DNA of 64,000 bases from a virus, in IMG/VR virus record IMGVR_UViG_3300025117_000028, positions 59,916 to 123,915 of that record; one strand, given 5' to 3'. The position numbers and the translations under genes were made by a program. Positions 49,743 through 59,375 of this stretch are shown here, piece by piece (position 1 is the first letter of the stretch; every line of letters starts with the position of its first letter). The notes beneath the pieces were generated by a model that was not told the DNA's origin, ran no database searches, and saw nothing but the letters and a program-made list of their open reading frames with translations.

Positions 49743-50114
49743 TTATAATATATCTAAGATTGGAGCTTCTTTAATTAAAAGTATTCGACCTCCTCCGCTC
49801 TTAACACGATATACACGAGGAAGCCATTTGGAAAAGGGTATTTTGTCTCTATCTTGTCCTGGAGTACCTACAGCATAAGGAACATCAAGACACCAAAGGT
49901 ATCTTGTTCCAACATGAAGGAAAGGACAGAATCTAATATAATTATTGTATTCTGCTTCTTGTAATTCAAATATTTCTTTTAAGGTAGGTAATCTAAAGTC
50001 TGAATTAGACGCACAAATTCTATCTTTCCTTTCTTCTCCCCAAAAGGTTTGAATGGGCGGATCCCAAAATTCTGTAGCAATATATTTACCTGAGAAAAAG
50101 ATTAAGTTTTGCAT
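49743..50114 (-). CDS. Divergent DUF1566/Lcl-C-like protein
   Basis: FRLPTLKEI...YLWC...ILLIK. Confidence 0.5.
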   Translation of the reverse strand: MQNLIFFSGKYIATEFWDPPIQTFWGEERKDRICASNSDFRLPTLKEIFELQEAEYNNYIRFCPFLHVGTRYLWCLDVPYAVGTPGQDRDKIPFSKWLPRVYRVKSGGGRILLIKEAPILDIL

Positions 50115-50123
50115 TTTAAATCC

Positions 50124-50480
50124 TTATAGAATTTCTTTATAAAGATCTCGAACTAATAGAACCCTTCCATCTTTAACAGGGAAAGAATTACGGGTTGAAC
50201 CTGAATGAATATGATAAGCAACTTGACCTTGTCCCTCTTGGCACCAAACAAATCTTCCACCAAATTTATAAAAGCGTTTATCAGGGTATTGGTTTAGACA
50301 ATCGTTAAGTTCAAATACTTCAGTTAATGTTGGAAGTCGATAATCTGGATGTTGGCTTAATTTACACATTGCTGCATCATGTTCTACACAAGCAATTTCT
50401 CTGTATTCTATTTTATAATATTTAATAAATACTAACAGTCTATTAAGTATAAATAAATCTTCTCCTATACAGTGATTCAC
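50124..50480 (-). CDS. Divergent DUF1566/Lcl-C-like protein
   Basis: C..HPDYRLPTLTEV...FVWC...VAYH...VLLVR. Confidence 0.55.
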   Translation of the reverse strand: MNHCIGEDLFILNRLLVFIKYYKIEYREIACVEHDAAMCKLSQHPDYRLPTLTEVFELNDCLNQYPDKRFYKFGGRFVWCQEGQGQVAYHIHSGSTRNSFPVKDGRVLLVRDLYKEIL

Positions 50481-50500
50481 TATAATCTCCTTGCAAAAGT

Positions 50501-51154
50501 TTATTTTACCTTAATATTTATTTGGATAGGACTATGAATTAATTTATTAGCGTCATCACATAAGGCTGCGTTAATAGAAATTTTATTATTTATTGCATGG
50601 GTTTCTACCATTCCATAGTTCTCATGAATATGACCAAAAACATGTAATTTAAGAGATATATTTAAAAGTCTATCTTTTAAGTCTTGGCAACCTATTCTAT
50701 TTCCCTTAGAGAAGTCTAAGCAATCTCTAGGAGGTGTATGGGTAATGAGAATATCGGTATTATGTGGAATTTTTTCCCAAACTTTACGTAAGGGTTCTCC
50801 TACTGGTAGATTAAAAGCCCAATTATAAAATACTGGTTGCCAAGGCGAACCATAAATATGTAAACCTTTAAATTGATAACTGTCATCTTCTAAATAAATA
50901 CAATTTTGATGTTTATTAATAGCCAAACTAGCTTTTTCTTTTCTTGATTGAAAAGCTAAATCATGATTTCCGGCTATAACAATTTTCAAATCATGTGGTT
51001 GTATTTTTAACCAATTACCAAATTCTTCAATTTCTTTTAAAGAACCAAATGTGGTTATATCTCCAGCAATAATTAAAAGGTCTCCATTCGGAACTTCAAG
51101 ATCTTTATAATGACCATGAAGATCAGCCATGCAGACAACTTGGATGTCTGACAT
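50501..51154 (-). CDS. Metallophosphoesterase (MPPED-like)
   Basis: ADLHG, AGDIT, AGNHD, THTPP and FGHIHE motifs. Confidence 0.9.
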   Translation of the reverse strand: MSDIQVVCMADLHGHYKDLEVPNGDLLIIAGDITTFGSLKEIEEFGNWLKIQPHDLKIVIAGNHDLAFQSRKEKASLAINKHQNCIYLEDDSYQFKGLHIYGSPWQPVFYNWAFNLPVGEPLRKVWEKIPHNTDILITHTPPRDCLDFSKGNRIGCQDLKDRLLNISLKLHVFGHIHENYGMVETHAINNKISINAALCDDANKLIHSPIQINIKVK

Positions 51155-51167
51155 ATGAACTCCTAAT

Positions 51168-51632
51168 TCAACCCCATCTACGAAGGAGGTTAATAGCTTG
51201 TTCGGGATTTTGGTGTATAATCTTTTTGAGTTTTGTTGAATGAATACTTAATAAATCACAGAGTTCAGAATATGTAAGATCAAATTTCCCAAAACTGAAA
51301 CTTCCGTTTTTCATTAAAAAATATTCAGAAACTTGGAAATGATACGAACAGGTTAATAAAGGAATCTTTTGATGTTCAAATTCAAAGGCCTCTATTTCTC
51401 TGTTGTAATTTGTATTAATAATATGATTATTCAATGGGCAAGAAGAGCAATCAGGAGATAACGAACAAACTGTCTCGGGTTCATTATGGTAATCTCGTAT
51501 AAATGAGATTAAGATTTCTATTAAGAGTCTTTGGACTCTCACGCCTTCGATAAATTCGTCCATTGTGTATTCAATTGTTTTAAAGTAAGGCCCAAACCGC
51601 AATATTTGCGATGTGTTTTGCTTTTTTTGCAA
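51168..51632 (-). CDS. Hypothetical Cys-containing protein (start uncertain)
   Basis: CSLSPDCSSCP motif; overlaps the upstream ORF. Confidence 0.5.
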   Translation of the reverse strand: MQKKQNTSQILRFGPYFKTIEYTMDEFIEGVRVQRLLIEILISFIRDYHNEPETVCSLSPDCSSCPLNNHIINTNYNREIEAFEFEHQKIPLLTCSYHFQVSEYFLMKNGSFSFGKFDLTYSELCDLLSIHSTKLKKIIHQNPEQAINLLRRWG

Positions 51633-51868
51633 ATAGGGCAGGGAGTAATTGTACTTAATAAATTCATGAGTATTGGAAGCTCAAAATTGTTTCCTAATTC
51701 TCCCTTAGAAAAAGTACTTGTAATTTGGTCTAAAGTAATAACTTTGTTATTAATTAAATGATCTACTGTTGCCACTGATATATAATACGATATTAGATTA
51801 GAAACACCAAATGTTTTTTGTATTTTTACTAAAGATGTCTTAAACGCTTCTAGTAATTCATCCTTCAT
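51539..51868 (-). CDS. Hypothetical protein
   Basis: 109 aa; CPIC. Confidence 0.45.
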   Translation of the reverse strand: MKDELLEAFKTSLVKIQKTFGVSNLISYYISVATVDHLINNKVITLDQITSTFSKGELGNNFELPILMNLLSTITPCPICKKSKTHRKYCGLGLTLKQLNTQWTNLSKA

Positions 51869-52193
51869 AATCTTCTTCTTGGTCAGCTAAATCTTTATCA
51901 TGTTCTTCACAAACATGAAGAATTTTGCCATCCGGAAATTCCCATTTTGCAATTGAAGCTGCTCCACATCTTACTTTATGAGTCGTTTCATTCCAAGGAA
52001 GAACAATCTCCACTTCACAACACGGTAAACTGGTCCTGACGGGTTTACAAGCGCAGTCATGTATTAACTCTCCGCATTTAAAACAAAAGTTTTCGGTATT
52101 GGTATAATATTTATCTTCTTTCTGTTTATGAACAATAGTTCCAGGAGCAGTAGGAATACGAGGTTCAGTGATTTTACGGATAGTCTTTCCCAT
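51858..52193 (-). CDS. Cys-rich Zn-binding protein
   Basis: CFKC..C.C, CCE..C..CEEH. Confidence 0.55.
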   Translation of the reverse strand: MGKTIRKITEPRIPTAPGTIVHKQKEDKYYTNTENFCFKCGELIHDCACKPVRTSLPCCEVEIVLPWNETTHKVRCGAASIAKWEFPDGKILHVCEEHDKDLADQEEDYEG

Positions 52194-52202
52194 TTTTCTC
52201 TC

Positions 52203-52766
52203 TCAGTATTGATTTAGTTTACGTTCTGTTCCATTTAAAATCGCGGCAATATTTAATGCTTTTTGCGCATATTCTAATTTTTTAAGTACATTAGACCAAA
52301 ATTCATATGCAATTTCTATTGCCATAGTTGTTGTCGTTAAAACTGCCACTTCGCTTTTAGCCAACTTTTCGCAATGCGCTCTATTAGTTAAAGCTTTACG
52401 AGAACCATCTTTTCTTTCTACTTGTCTCATAAAAGTTTTATATAATTGCCCTTGTTGGTTGTTTTCTGTAGAACGATTTGCATAAAGCATTGCCTGATAG
52501 CGACTTTTATAGTTTGAAGCTAATTGATATAGCTTAACTAAAGTAGCTACTGCCGTTCTACATTCAGAAATTGACATGTTTGGATCAAAGTGAATAGCAA
52601 AATCTTTTTCCCAATCAACTAATGTTTTTCCATCAATAGTAAAACTATTAAGGAAAATGTCAGTAAATTTAGACAACATAAATTTACCGATGTTAATTTC
52701 TTGGTCTAAATCATTTAATGGTTTTTCCGTATTGATAACTTCTTGTTCAGTGTGTTCTTCTGTCAT
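52203..52766 (-). CDS. Helical coiled-coil hypothetical protein
   Basis: 187 aa, all-alpha pattern. Confidence 0.55.
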   Translation of the reverse strand: MTEEHTEQEVINTEKPLNDLDQEINIGKFMLSKFTDIFLNSFTIDGKTLVDWEKDFAIHFDPNMSISECRTAVATLVKLYQLASNYKSRYQAMLYANRSTENNQQGQLYKTFMRQVERKDGSRKALTNRAHCEKLAKSEVAVLTTTTMAIEIAYEFWSNVLKKLEYAQKALNIAAILNGTERKLNQY

Positions 52767-53302
52767 TTTATTTCTTCTATTATAATTTTTCCGCCAAATG
52801 TTTTAACCATTTTATATAAAATGTCTAAGTCTTCCATAGTTAATTCATTGCTATACATACCTCTTTTTTTATTGTCTGGATATACTGCAATTGTATGCCC
52901 AGATTTTAGTGTTGTTGTAAACATTTTATTTGCCGAAGAACCCGTATGAGTTAAATTAATAATATCTTGGGGTTCTAACTCCAAATTAGGTTTTTCACAC
53001 ATTAACACTGGTTCAGGTATAGAACATGTTTGTCTCAAAAGATTTTCTAAGTTTTGAGTTGTAACATTTTTAGTCCATATAATAATTTCACGGTTCGGAA
53101 GAACGGATTTCCAAATTGTAATAGCTCGTTCTCCGTATAATATGCAATTATATGTATTGCTAAAATTTGTTAAAGTTGTTAATAGATCTTTAGTTTTAAT
53201 ATTAGTGATACTAACAGTATTATAATTATATTCTAAAGAATCTAATTGAGACTGTAATATCTGTAAATCATCAGCAGTTGAGTAAAGAATAATAGGAAGC
53301 AA
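52763..53302 (-). CDS. Hypothetical protein (TTG start)
   Basis: AGGAG upstream. Confidence 0.5.
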   Translation of the reverse strand: MLPIILYSTADDLQILQSQLDSLEYNYNTVSITNIKTKDLLTTLTNFSNTYNCILYGERAITIWKSVLPNREIIIWTKNVTTQNLENLLRQTCSIPEPVLMCEKPNLELEPQDIINLTHTGSSANKMFTTTLKSGHTIAVYPDNKKRGMYSNELTMEDLDILYKMVKTFGGKIIIEEIK

Positions 53303-53795
53303 TCAATTCTCCTTTCATTTCGTAATTATTATTATAAATATATACTTTAGGTAAATGAGCTATAATTTTTAGACTCTCGCTTTCGAAGTCTTTTGTTTTA
53401 CCCAATAGACAATCATATAAGGTTTCCGACTCGCCTAAAAATATATGTAATACTTTTTTGGCGGCCATTAATTCTCTCATCTCCATAAATGGGATAGCTG
53501 CTAAAATTGAAGCTAAAGTTCTATCAACAGTCAATAAAGTTTCATCTTCAATTAGTCTAGGAGGATTGGTGTAGATATTATCATTGATAATGCCTATAAT
53601 TTTCTTGGGTTTGTTTTCAATAATAGAAGCAGTAGTAATATAAATATCTTCTGAAGGATTAACTTCTTTTACTAAACTTAAACTTTCTAGTATGTCGTTA
53701 AAGTAATATATAGTGTCTACATGAGGATTCCATTGTTTGTCTTTTAAATTTTTTCTCATTGAGAGAACTGTTTTGTATAGTAATTTTTGATTCAT
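53271..53795 (-). CDS. Hypothetical protein
   Basis: 174 aa; ATGA overlap with copy D. Confidence 0.55.
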   Translation of the reverse strand: MNQKLLYKTVLSMRKNLKDKQWNPHVDTIYYFNDILESLSLVKEVNPSEDIYITTASIIENKPKKIIGIINDNIYTNPPRLIEDETLLTVDRTLASILAAIPFMEMRELMAAKKVLHIFLGESETLYDCLLGKTKDFESESLKIIAHLPKVYIYNNNYEMKGELIASYYSLLNC

Positions 53796-54145
53796 AAAAT
53801 TTCCATTGTAAAATTTAATTCTTTTAAAATCAAAGAATCAAATGGTCGTATATACCGTGCTGCAAGCCTGTAAGTTTTAAGACCTTCGACAACGTAACCG
53901 TTGTCGAAATCCACGTACCATGCGTGGTCGGCGTTGTCGATAAAGGACGATGACGACCAAAACCTATCCTCTGTAAATCCAGGCACTTTATCAAAAAACG
54001 CTTGTTTTAACTCATCTTTTACCGGAAGTCTCCAACTGTCTTTTTCTAAGTCTTTGGCTTGATTCCAAGTCATTAGTCCTTGGACTGGTCCCCAAATTAA
54101 TTTATTTTTAAAGTCGATTGTAAGGCCATTGATTTCTTTAAACAT
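53792..54145 (-). CDS. DUF1566/Lcl-C protein, copy D (DGR-type variable region)
   Basis: FWSSSSFIDNADHAWYVDFDNGYV; NNC-codon-rich segment. Confidence 0.85.
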   Translation of the reverse strand: MFKEINGLTIDFKNKLIWGPVQGLMTWNQAKDLEKDSWRLPVKDELKQAFFDKVPGFTEDRFWSSSSFIDNADHAWYVDFDNGYVVEGLKTYRLAARYIRPFDSLILKELNFTMEIL

Positions 54146-54152
54146 ATTTATC

Positions 54153-54470
54153 CTAAGGCATTAGATGTATCTTGTCTTGTAAAAACCATAAAGCTAAAGA
54201 TATAAAAATGCCAATATAAGCAGCGGCAACAACAGCGTGAATGCCTCCACCTAGACTAAAAAAAGTTAATATACTAAAAAGTGCGTCAGTAATAATATGA
54301 TGTCTGACCATAAATTTTTGAAGTCTTATTGGAAGTTTATTAAATAAAATTAAGAAAACAAAAAATATTATTCCTCCTAAAATTAAACCCGTTAAGGCTA
54401 TTCCGCCAATTATGAATGTCAAAATAAATAAAGTAATCAAACCTACGACAATTAAATTTTTACTTACCAT
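54153..54470 (-). CDS. Multi-TM membrane protein
   Basis: 3-4 hydrophobic helices. Confidence 0.65.
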   Translation of the reverse strand: MVSKNLIVVGLITLFILTFIIGGIALTGLILGGIIFFVFLILFNKLPIRLQKFMVRHHIITDALFSILTFFSLGGGIHAVVAAAYIGIFISLALWFLQDKIHLMP

Positions 54471-54976
54471 CCAAGAATCTTAGAAAGTGCAGTACGAAGC
54501 ATTATTTGACAAGATAACATTTCTTCAGGCGACATAAAAAATGTTCTAACATTCTCTTCTCCATTTTCTTTATGGCGAAGAGTAAATCCAAAAGATGTTC
54601 CATTAAAGAAAACACTTAGTTGATTAATAACAGATCCCATTGCTTCTGTTTGTGCATTAGGATCATGGATCAAAGCTATTGATTTTCCTTTTTCATCATT
54701 ATCTTGTAAAGCATAAGGCAATGTTTTTTCTAGCCAGTAAAGAATTTTTTCAATATCAATAAATCCTAACTTAAAACGTTGGATTTGTTCTAGTTGCATT
54801 TGATTATTTGCCATTGGGCAAATAGTTAACATTACAGAACCAGCCTGTAATTCTGTACATTTTTGTCCAGCAGAATTTGTCCATTCAGGTCCTTCTTTCG
54901 GTGAATATAACTCTAATTGAAGGCATGAAGTCTTCTTATATTTTTCAAATTTTGCAGGTCGAATAATTTTTTCCAT
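54464..54976 (-). CDS. Hypothetical protein, possibly Whirly/PC4-like ssDNA-binding
   Basis: Duplicated strands-then-helix pattern ending ...LRTALSKILGW; fold inferred by eye only. Confidence 0.35.
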   Translation of the reverse strand: MEKIIRPAKFEKYKKTSCLQLELYSPKEGPEWTNSAGQKCTELQAGSVMLTICPMANNQMQLEQIQRFKLGFIDIEKILYWLEKTLPYALQDNDEKGKSIALIHDPNAQTEAMGSVINQLSVFFNGTSFGFTLRHKENGEENVRTFFMSPEEMLSCQIMLRTALSKILGW

Positions 54977-54984
54977 AATAATCC

Positions 54985-55338
54985 TTATAAAATTTCCATT
55001 GTAAAATTTAATTCTTTTAAAATCAAAGAGTCAAGCGGCCGCACACATCTTACATAATAGTCGAGAGCTTTATTATCATAGTCGGCGAAGCCGTAGCCGA
55101 GATGCACGTACCATGCGTAGTTGGTATACTTAATGAGAGACAACGATGACCAGAACCTATCTTTTGCAAATCCAGGAACTTTATCTATAAATGCTTGTTT
55201 TAATTCATCTCTTGTTGGAAGTCTCCAACCGTCTTTTTCTAAGTTCATGGCTCTACTCCAGCTTCTTGGTTCTTGGGTTAATCCCCAAACTAATTTATTC
55301 TTGAAGTCAATTGTAAAGCCATTGATTTCTTTGAACAT
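54985..55338 (-). CDS. DUF1566/Lcl-C protein, copy E (DGR-type variable region)
   Basis: FWSSLSLIKYTNYAWYVHLGYGFADYDNKALDYYVRCVRP. Confidence 0.85.
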   Translation of the reverse strand: MFKEINGFTIDFKNKLVWGLTQEPRSWSRAMNLEKDGWRLPTRDELKQAFIDKVPGFAKDRFWSSLSLIKYTNYAWYVHLGYGFADYDNKALDYYVRCVRPLDSLILKELNFTMEIL

Positions 55339-55340
55339 AT

Positions 55341-55592
55341 TTAGTCTGTAGTTTGAAGTTTATCTATGAACTTCATTAAGTCTAAAGCTTCTACTAACAG
55401 TAGAGTAGCTAAGTTAGGATGAGAAAGATGATCGAGCATTAGTTGATCAACTTTATCTCCATATTGGATTGGAGATACTGCGTCTCCTAAGGCTGCTATG
55501 ACCTGAGCCAATACTCGTGCTTGATCATTGTCATTTAATGCTGATTGATTAAGAATATTTATTATTTGATTAGCTGTTTCAATTATAGTCAT
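55341..55592 (-). CDS. Hypothetical protein
   Basis: 83 aa, coupled. Confidence 0.5.
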   Translation of the reverse strand: MTIIETANQIINILNQSALNDNDQARVLAQVIAALGDAVSPIQYGDKVDQLMLDHLSHPNLATLLLVEALDLMKFIDKLQTTD

Positions 55593-55951
55593 AATAACCG
55601 TAGTCTAAAATTACATATTTCTTTGCCAAGATCTTCTAAAGAAGTGACAGTATTGAGGATATTAAATAGGTCGGAAAATCCATCGTCTGTATATAAGGGG
55701 GTAACTGTTTTAAGGAAATTAAGGATTTGTAACCTATTCATATGAAATAATCTAAACCAATTTCCTAATTCTAGTAAACTACAATCTTGCGAATAGGATA
55801 TTTCAGAGCGGGGATATTTAGTAGGATCAAGAAAAGCTCTTGTGTCTTCTATAAAGAATCCGCAAAGCTTTCCCTGATCCTCCCAAATTAGGATAGGCCA
55901 TAGATTTTTCTCAAATAGATCTTCGACTAATTGAGTAATATCCATGGCCAT
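55589..55951 (-). CDS. Hypothetical protein
   Basis: 120 aa, coupled. Confidence 0.5.
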   Translation of the reverse strand: MAMDITQLVEDLFEKNLWPILIWEDQGKLCGFFIEDTRAFLDPTKYPRSEISYSQDCSLLELGNWFRLFHMNRLQILNFLKTVTPLYTDDGFSDLFNILNTVTSLEDLGKEICNFRLRLL

Positions 55952-55954
55952 TTT

Positions 55955-56299
55955 TTACCACCTAGGTTTAGTTGAAGTAGTAGTTGCAGGAGTAGTATTC
56001 TCTTGCTGAGTATTAAACTTAGTTAAAATAAAAGTATTTAATGCCTCGCGTTCTTCTTTACCCTTAGGGAAAGCTCCTTCTTGGGTGAATTTGCCTGATT
56101 TATCCTTCATGATATTCCCTTCCTTGTCCCTTTCAACGGGCCAGGAAACCCAAGTCTTATCATCTTTCTTAAAGATTGCGAATTTTACTGTGATTAAATC
56201 ACAGAAAGTAATCATTCCTGCTCCAGCCAACACACCACTATTGATATTCCGTAGTGTAAAGTTTGTAACAGCACTTTCAATCTTTGTCTTTACGTCCAT
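55955..56299 (-). CDS. spoVG: SpoVG-like nucleic-acid-binding protein
   Basis: A.GMITF..ITV..FAIF...WVSWP..R...G.F...FP..KE.RE.L..FIL matches the SpoVG pattern; AGGAG RBS at the 56299 start. Confidence 0.6.
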   Translation of the reverse strand: MDVKTKIESAVTNFTLRNINSGVLAGAGMITFCDLITVKFAIFKKDDKTWVSWPVERDKEGNIMKDKSGKFTQEGAFPKGKEEREALNTFILTKFNTQQENTTPATTTSTKPRW

Positions 56300-56309
56300 A
56301 ATCTTTCTC

Positions 56310-57806
56310 CTAAATAATTTTACCATCTTTACATACTAATACTTTTTTCTCACCATTGATGGTAGAACCTAGTATAACTGATCTTTTCCAGATTTTTTCC
56401 ATATATCTCATGACTACTTCACATTCATCAAGTTTTAATTCAAGTCCAAATTCTTGAAAATCTTGATGGTTTTCATGAGCTAAAATTAAAGCTCCAGAAT
56501 CTGCAACTCCTTGTATTGTGATTCTGGGAACACCATAATCGTAGGACATAGCAGATTGTTCAAAGCAGAAATCTTCAATACTCCTATTCTTGAGAATAAC
56601 TTCCCCTGTTTCGTTATCTCTTTGCATTGTACATAAATGTAACTTGTACATAAGTTTGTCAGTTAAGTAAGTTCTATAAAAAGATGGATCGTCTTCGAAT
56701 TTAACTACTTCTAGAACTTTATCCCATCCTTTAATAGTTGCTTTAACAATGTTTCCATCTTCGTCTCGAAACCTTTGGTTGTCATCTTGTGGATAAGGAT
56801 ATAATTTCATATCTTTAGGAAGGCCATTGGTATAATAGTCGTCCCATCTTTCCCAGATGTCTCTAAGAATTTTATATCCTATATAATATGGGTTATGCCC
56901 CATACGTCCAATCATGTGTTCTTCATCCCATCCCGGATTGATGACAGCAGAATTTAATGCGGCAAAATCAACCATATCCATATCGTTTAAGTACTTTTCC
57001 ATAATTACGATATGAACAAGACTTGCAAATCCTTCATTAATAGTTTTAGTTAAGAATTGAGGATAGAAATAATAACTTTCTGCTCTCACTGTTAAGAGTA
57101 CATCTTTTTGCCATTCTTCTAGATCAGGTGCGTAATGCGCAAGAAACCATAATAAATCAGGTTCTTTTCTTGGAGGAAATGTTTCGTAATTCCAAGAGAC
57201 TTTACTTGTTACTTGAGGGCTTTCTTGTGTTAATAAGTCAATGATATCGGGTTCCGTATAACTAATTGTCCTTTCCTTCTTGGGATATAGTGGTCTATTC
57301 TCGCCTTTTTGGGTATATGTAAACCAATCCAAATGACGCTCAAGAGCAAATGCCATAGTGATAAAGTCTTCTACTTCTTTCTCTCCATACATTTCTTTAT
57401 AACGCTCTACGCGCAAACAAGAATCAGCAGCTCTTTGTACCATATCTTTAGGTACTTTAGATAATTGAATATTGTTTTTAAAAACATGTGCATGACCCAT
57501 GCAATGGGCAATAATTAACTTATTAGTAACTAAATTGTTACTCGCATGCATAAAGGCATAAGTGGGGTTATTATTAATAATGGTTTCTAACGCTACCATA
57601 CCATATTCGCTAGCGGCTTTTTGTTGTGTCCATGTAGGAGCATAGGAGAAATGACGCATACGTAGGGGTAGCCCATAGGTTGCGATAATCGCCATTAATT
57701 TTGGAGGAACTGTTTCCCAAATAATAGGATCCCAAGACAATCCCATTTCGTGTGCTATTTCACTAATGGCTTTTACTTCTTCGTCGATGTGTCCTTCAAC
57801 GAGCAT
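56310..57806 (-). CDS. spoVR: SpoVR/YcgB family protein
   Basis: YGLP.R..HFS, E.IIN..P.YA, LIIAHCMGHAHVFKNN, TKTINEGFAS and NPY..G motifs. Confidence 0.92.
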   Translation of the reverse strand: MLVEGHIDEEVKAISEIAHEMGLSWDPIIWETVPPKLMAIIATYGLPLRMRHFSYAPTWTQQKAASEYGMVALETIINNNPTYAFMHASNNLVTNKLIIAHCMGHAHVFKNNIQLSKVPKDMVQRAADSCLRVERYKEMYGEKEVEDFITMAFALERHLDWFTYTQKGENRPLYPKKERTISYTEPDIIDLLTQESPQVTSKVSWNYETFPPRKEPDLLWFLAHYAPDLEEWQKDVLLTVRAESYYFYPQFLTKTINEGFASLVHIVIMEKYLNDMDMVDFAALNSAVINPGWDEEHMIGRMGHNPYYIGYKILRDIWERWDDYYTNGLPKDMKLYPYPQDDNQRFRDEDGNIVKATIKGWDKVLEVVKFEDDPSFYRTYLTDKLMYKLHLCTMQRDNETGEVILKNRSIEDFCFEQSAMSYDYGVPRITIQGVADSGALILAHENHQDFQEFGLELKLDECEVVMRYMEKIWKRSVILGSTINGEKKVLVCKDGKII

Positions 57807-57807
57807 C

Positions 57808-59010
57808 TTATTTCTCCTTTTTCGTTGTCCCAAAGAAGAACTGTAAGGTTTTATCTACATCTTCCTTGCCATTAATTAAAATAGCCTGGAATTTTTCATC
57901 AGTAATTTTGTTTCTAAGTAAGGAATATAATTCAGACCCTGAATTTGAGCTTACTTCCCATTGAAGTCCATAATTTCCCCATCCTAGATGTGGGTTTATC
58001 TCTCCATAACCAATCATAGAACATTTAGTTAATAACTTATCCACAAGTTTAACGTATAAGCGGTTATCATCGTCTCCCCAATTTCCACCGTCAGTTAAAT
58101 GTACTATATAATTATTACATTTTGAAGGAGGGTGATGTTTGTCTATATGTTCGTCGGCTAATTTCAAAGCACTAGAACAAATAGTTCCTCCTCCCCAAGA
58201 TACTTCAAAGAATTTCTTTTCTTCCTCAAACCAAGCTTGAGTATCGTGCGCAATAAAATATATATCTACTTTTTTATAATTATATTTGAGGAATTGGACT
58301 ATCCAGAAAAAGATCATTTTTGCAACGACACGAATTTCTTCAGTCATAGAACCACTGACATCCATTAATAAATAGACAGCTGCATGAGTAGTATATTGAG
58401 GAATTTCTTCATAAGAAATTTTTACTAAATCTTCTTGTTTAAAATCTCCTACATATGCCTTTCCTGTCTCTGCTGCATTACGAATGATATTTCTTAAAAT
58501 AGTTTCTTCAATATCAGCGTTTGATATTGTATCAGTTGGCCTATAGGTGTTGTACTTTGTTTCAATAGACTCTACTGTCCTTTGCTCTTTTTCTCGTAAA
58601 TTAGGAAGCCCTAACTGTCGAATCATTTCTTCGATAATGTCTTGTAAGTCAATCTCTACAGTATAAGTTGGATCTCCATGTTCATTGCCTGCTTGTGGAC
58701 CTTGTCCTTGACTAAAGGGGTCTCCAGGTTTAAGGACATCTCCTTCTTCTCCTAAAGCTTCTCCACTCGTATCAGAATAATCTGGTTGTGGTGTATCTTT
58801 GTTGGTACCCCAAATAAAACGCCTTTGTTTAATAGTCGGGATACGTACTTTAACTTTTTTGCCAGCACTATCAGATGTAATAATATCTTCAGAGTTAATA
58901 ATATCTTTCGCGCCGGATTTAATCGCTTCTTTTACACGTTCGGTATGTTTTCGCTCTTCCATATCAGTCTGGTTATTTAAATCCCAGATGTCATAGATGC
59001 TATCGCTCAT
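57808..59010 (-). CDS. yeaH: YeaH/YhbH (DUF444) vWA-domain protein
   Basis: LGLPNL.EK, LMDVSGSM, GGTICSSAL, HLTDGGNW.DDN motifs. Confidence 0.92.
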   Translation of the reverse strand: MSDSIYDIWDLNNQTDMEERKHTERVKEAIKSGAKDIINSEDIITSDSAGKKVKVRIPTIKQRRFIWGTNKDTPQPDYSDTSGEALGEEGDVLKPGDPFSQGQGPQAGNEHGDPTYTVEIDLQDIIEEMIRQLGLPNLREKEQRTVESIETKYNTYRPTDTISNADIEETILRNIIRNAAETGKAYVGDFKQEDLVKISYEEIPQYTTHAAVYLLMDVSGSMTEEIRVVAKMIFFWIVQFLKYNYKKVDIYFIAHDTQAWFEEEKKFFEVSWGGGTICSSALKLADEHIDKHHPPSKCNNYIVHLTDGGNWGDDDNRLYVKLVDKLLTKCSMIGYGEINPHLGWGNYGLQWEVSSNSGSELYSLLRNKITDEKFQAILINGKEDVDKTLQFFFGTTKKEK

Positions 59011-59375
59011 AGTTCCTCACGATTAAACCCAAGTTCTAACAGTGTGTAAGAATCGAATGGTCGTATATAACATACAAAAAGAGGTCTCTCTTTTTCTTCG
59101 TTATAAATATTACCGTCAGTTAATCTTATACACCAAGCATAGTCACCAAATTGATTACCTATGCTGTAAGCTGAATTTGTCCAGTAATAATCTTTGATAA
59201 ATCCTGGAGCTTCAAGTTCCCATATTCGTTTTAGTTGTTTAGCTGTTGGTAATGTCCATTCATATTGTTCTTGTCTTAAGGCTGTCCACCAACTCATTTT
59301 AATAGACTCTAATTTCCAAATTTGTTTTCTTTCGGTGTCGATTACGAAATTTTCAATTTGTTGGAATATACTCAT
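59007..59375 (-). CDS. DUF1566/Lcl-C protein, copy F (divergent scaffold)
   Basis: IDTERKQIW...MSW...WTLPT..QL...YYWT...AWCIRLTDG...VCYIRPFD. Confidence 0.75.
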   Translation of the reverse strand: MSIFQQIENFVIDTERKQIWKLESIKMSWWTALRQEQYEWTLPTAKQLKRIWELEAPGFIKDYYWTNSAYSIGNQFGDYAWCIRLTDGNIYNEEKERPLFVCYIRPFDSYTLLELGFNREEL

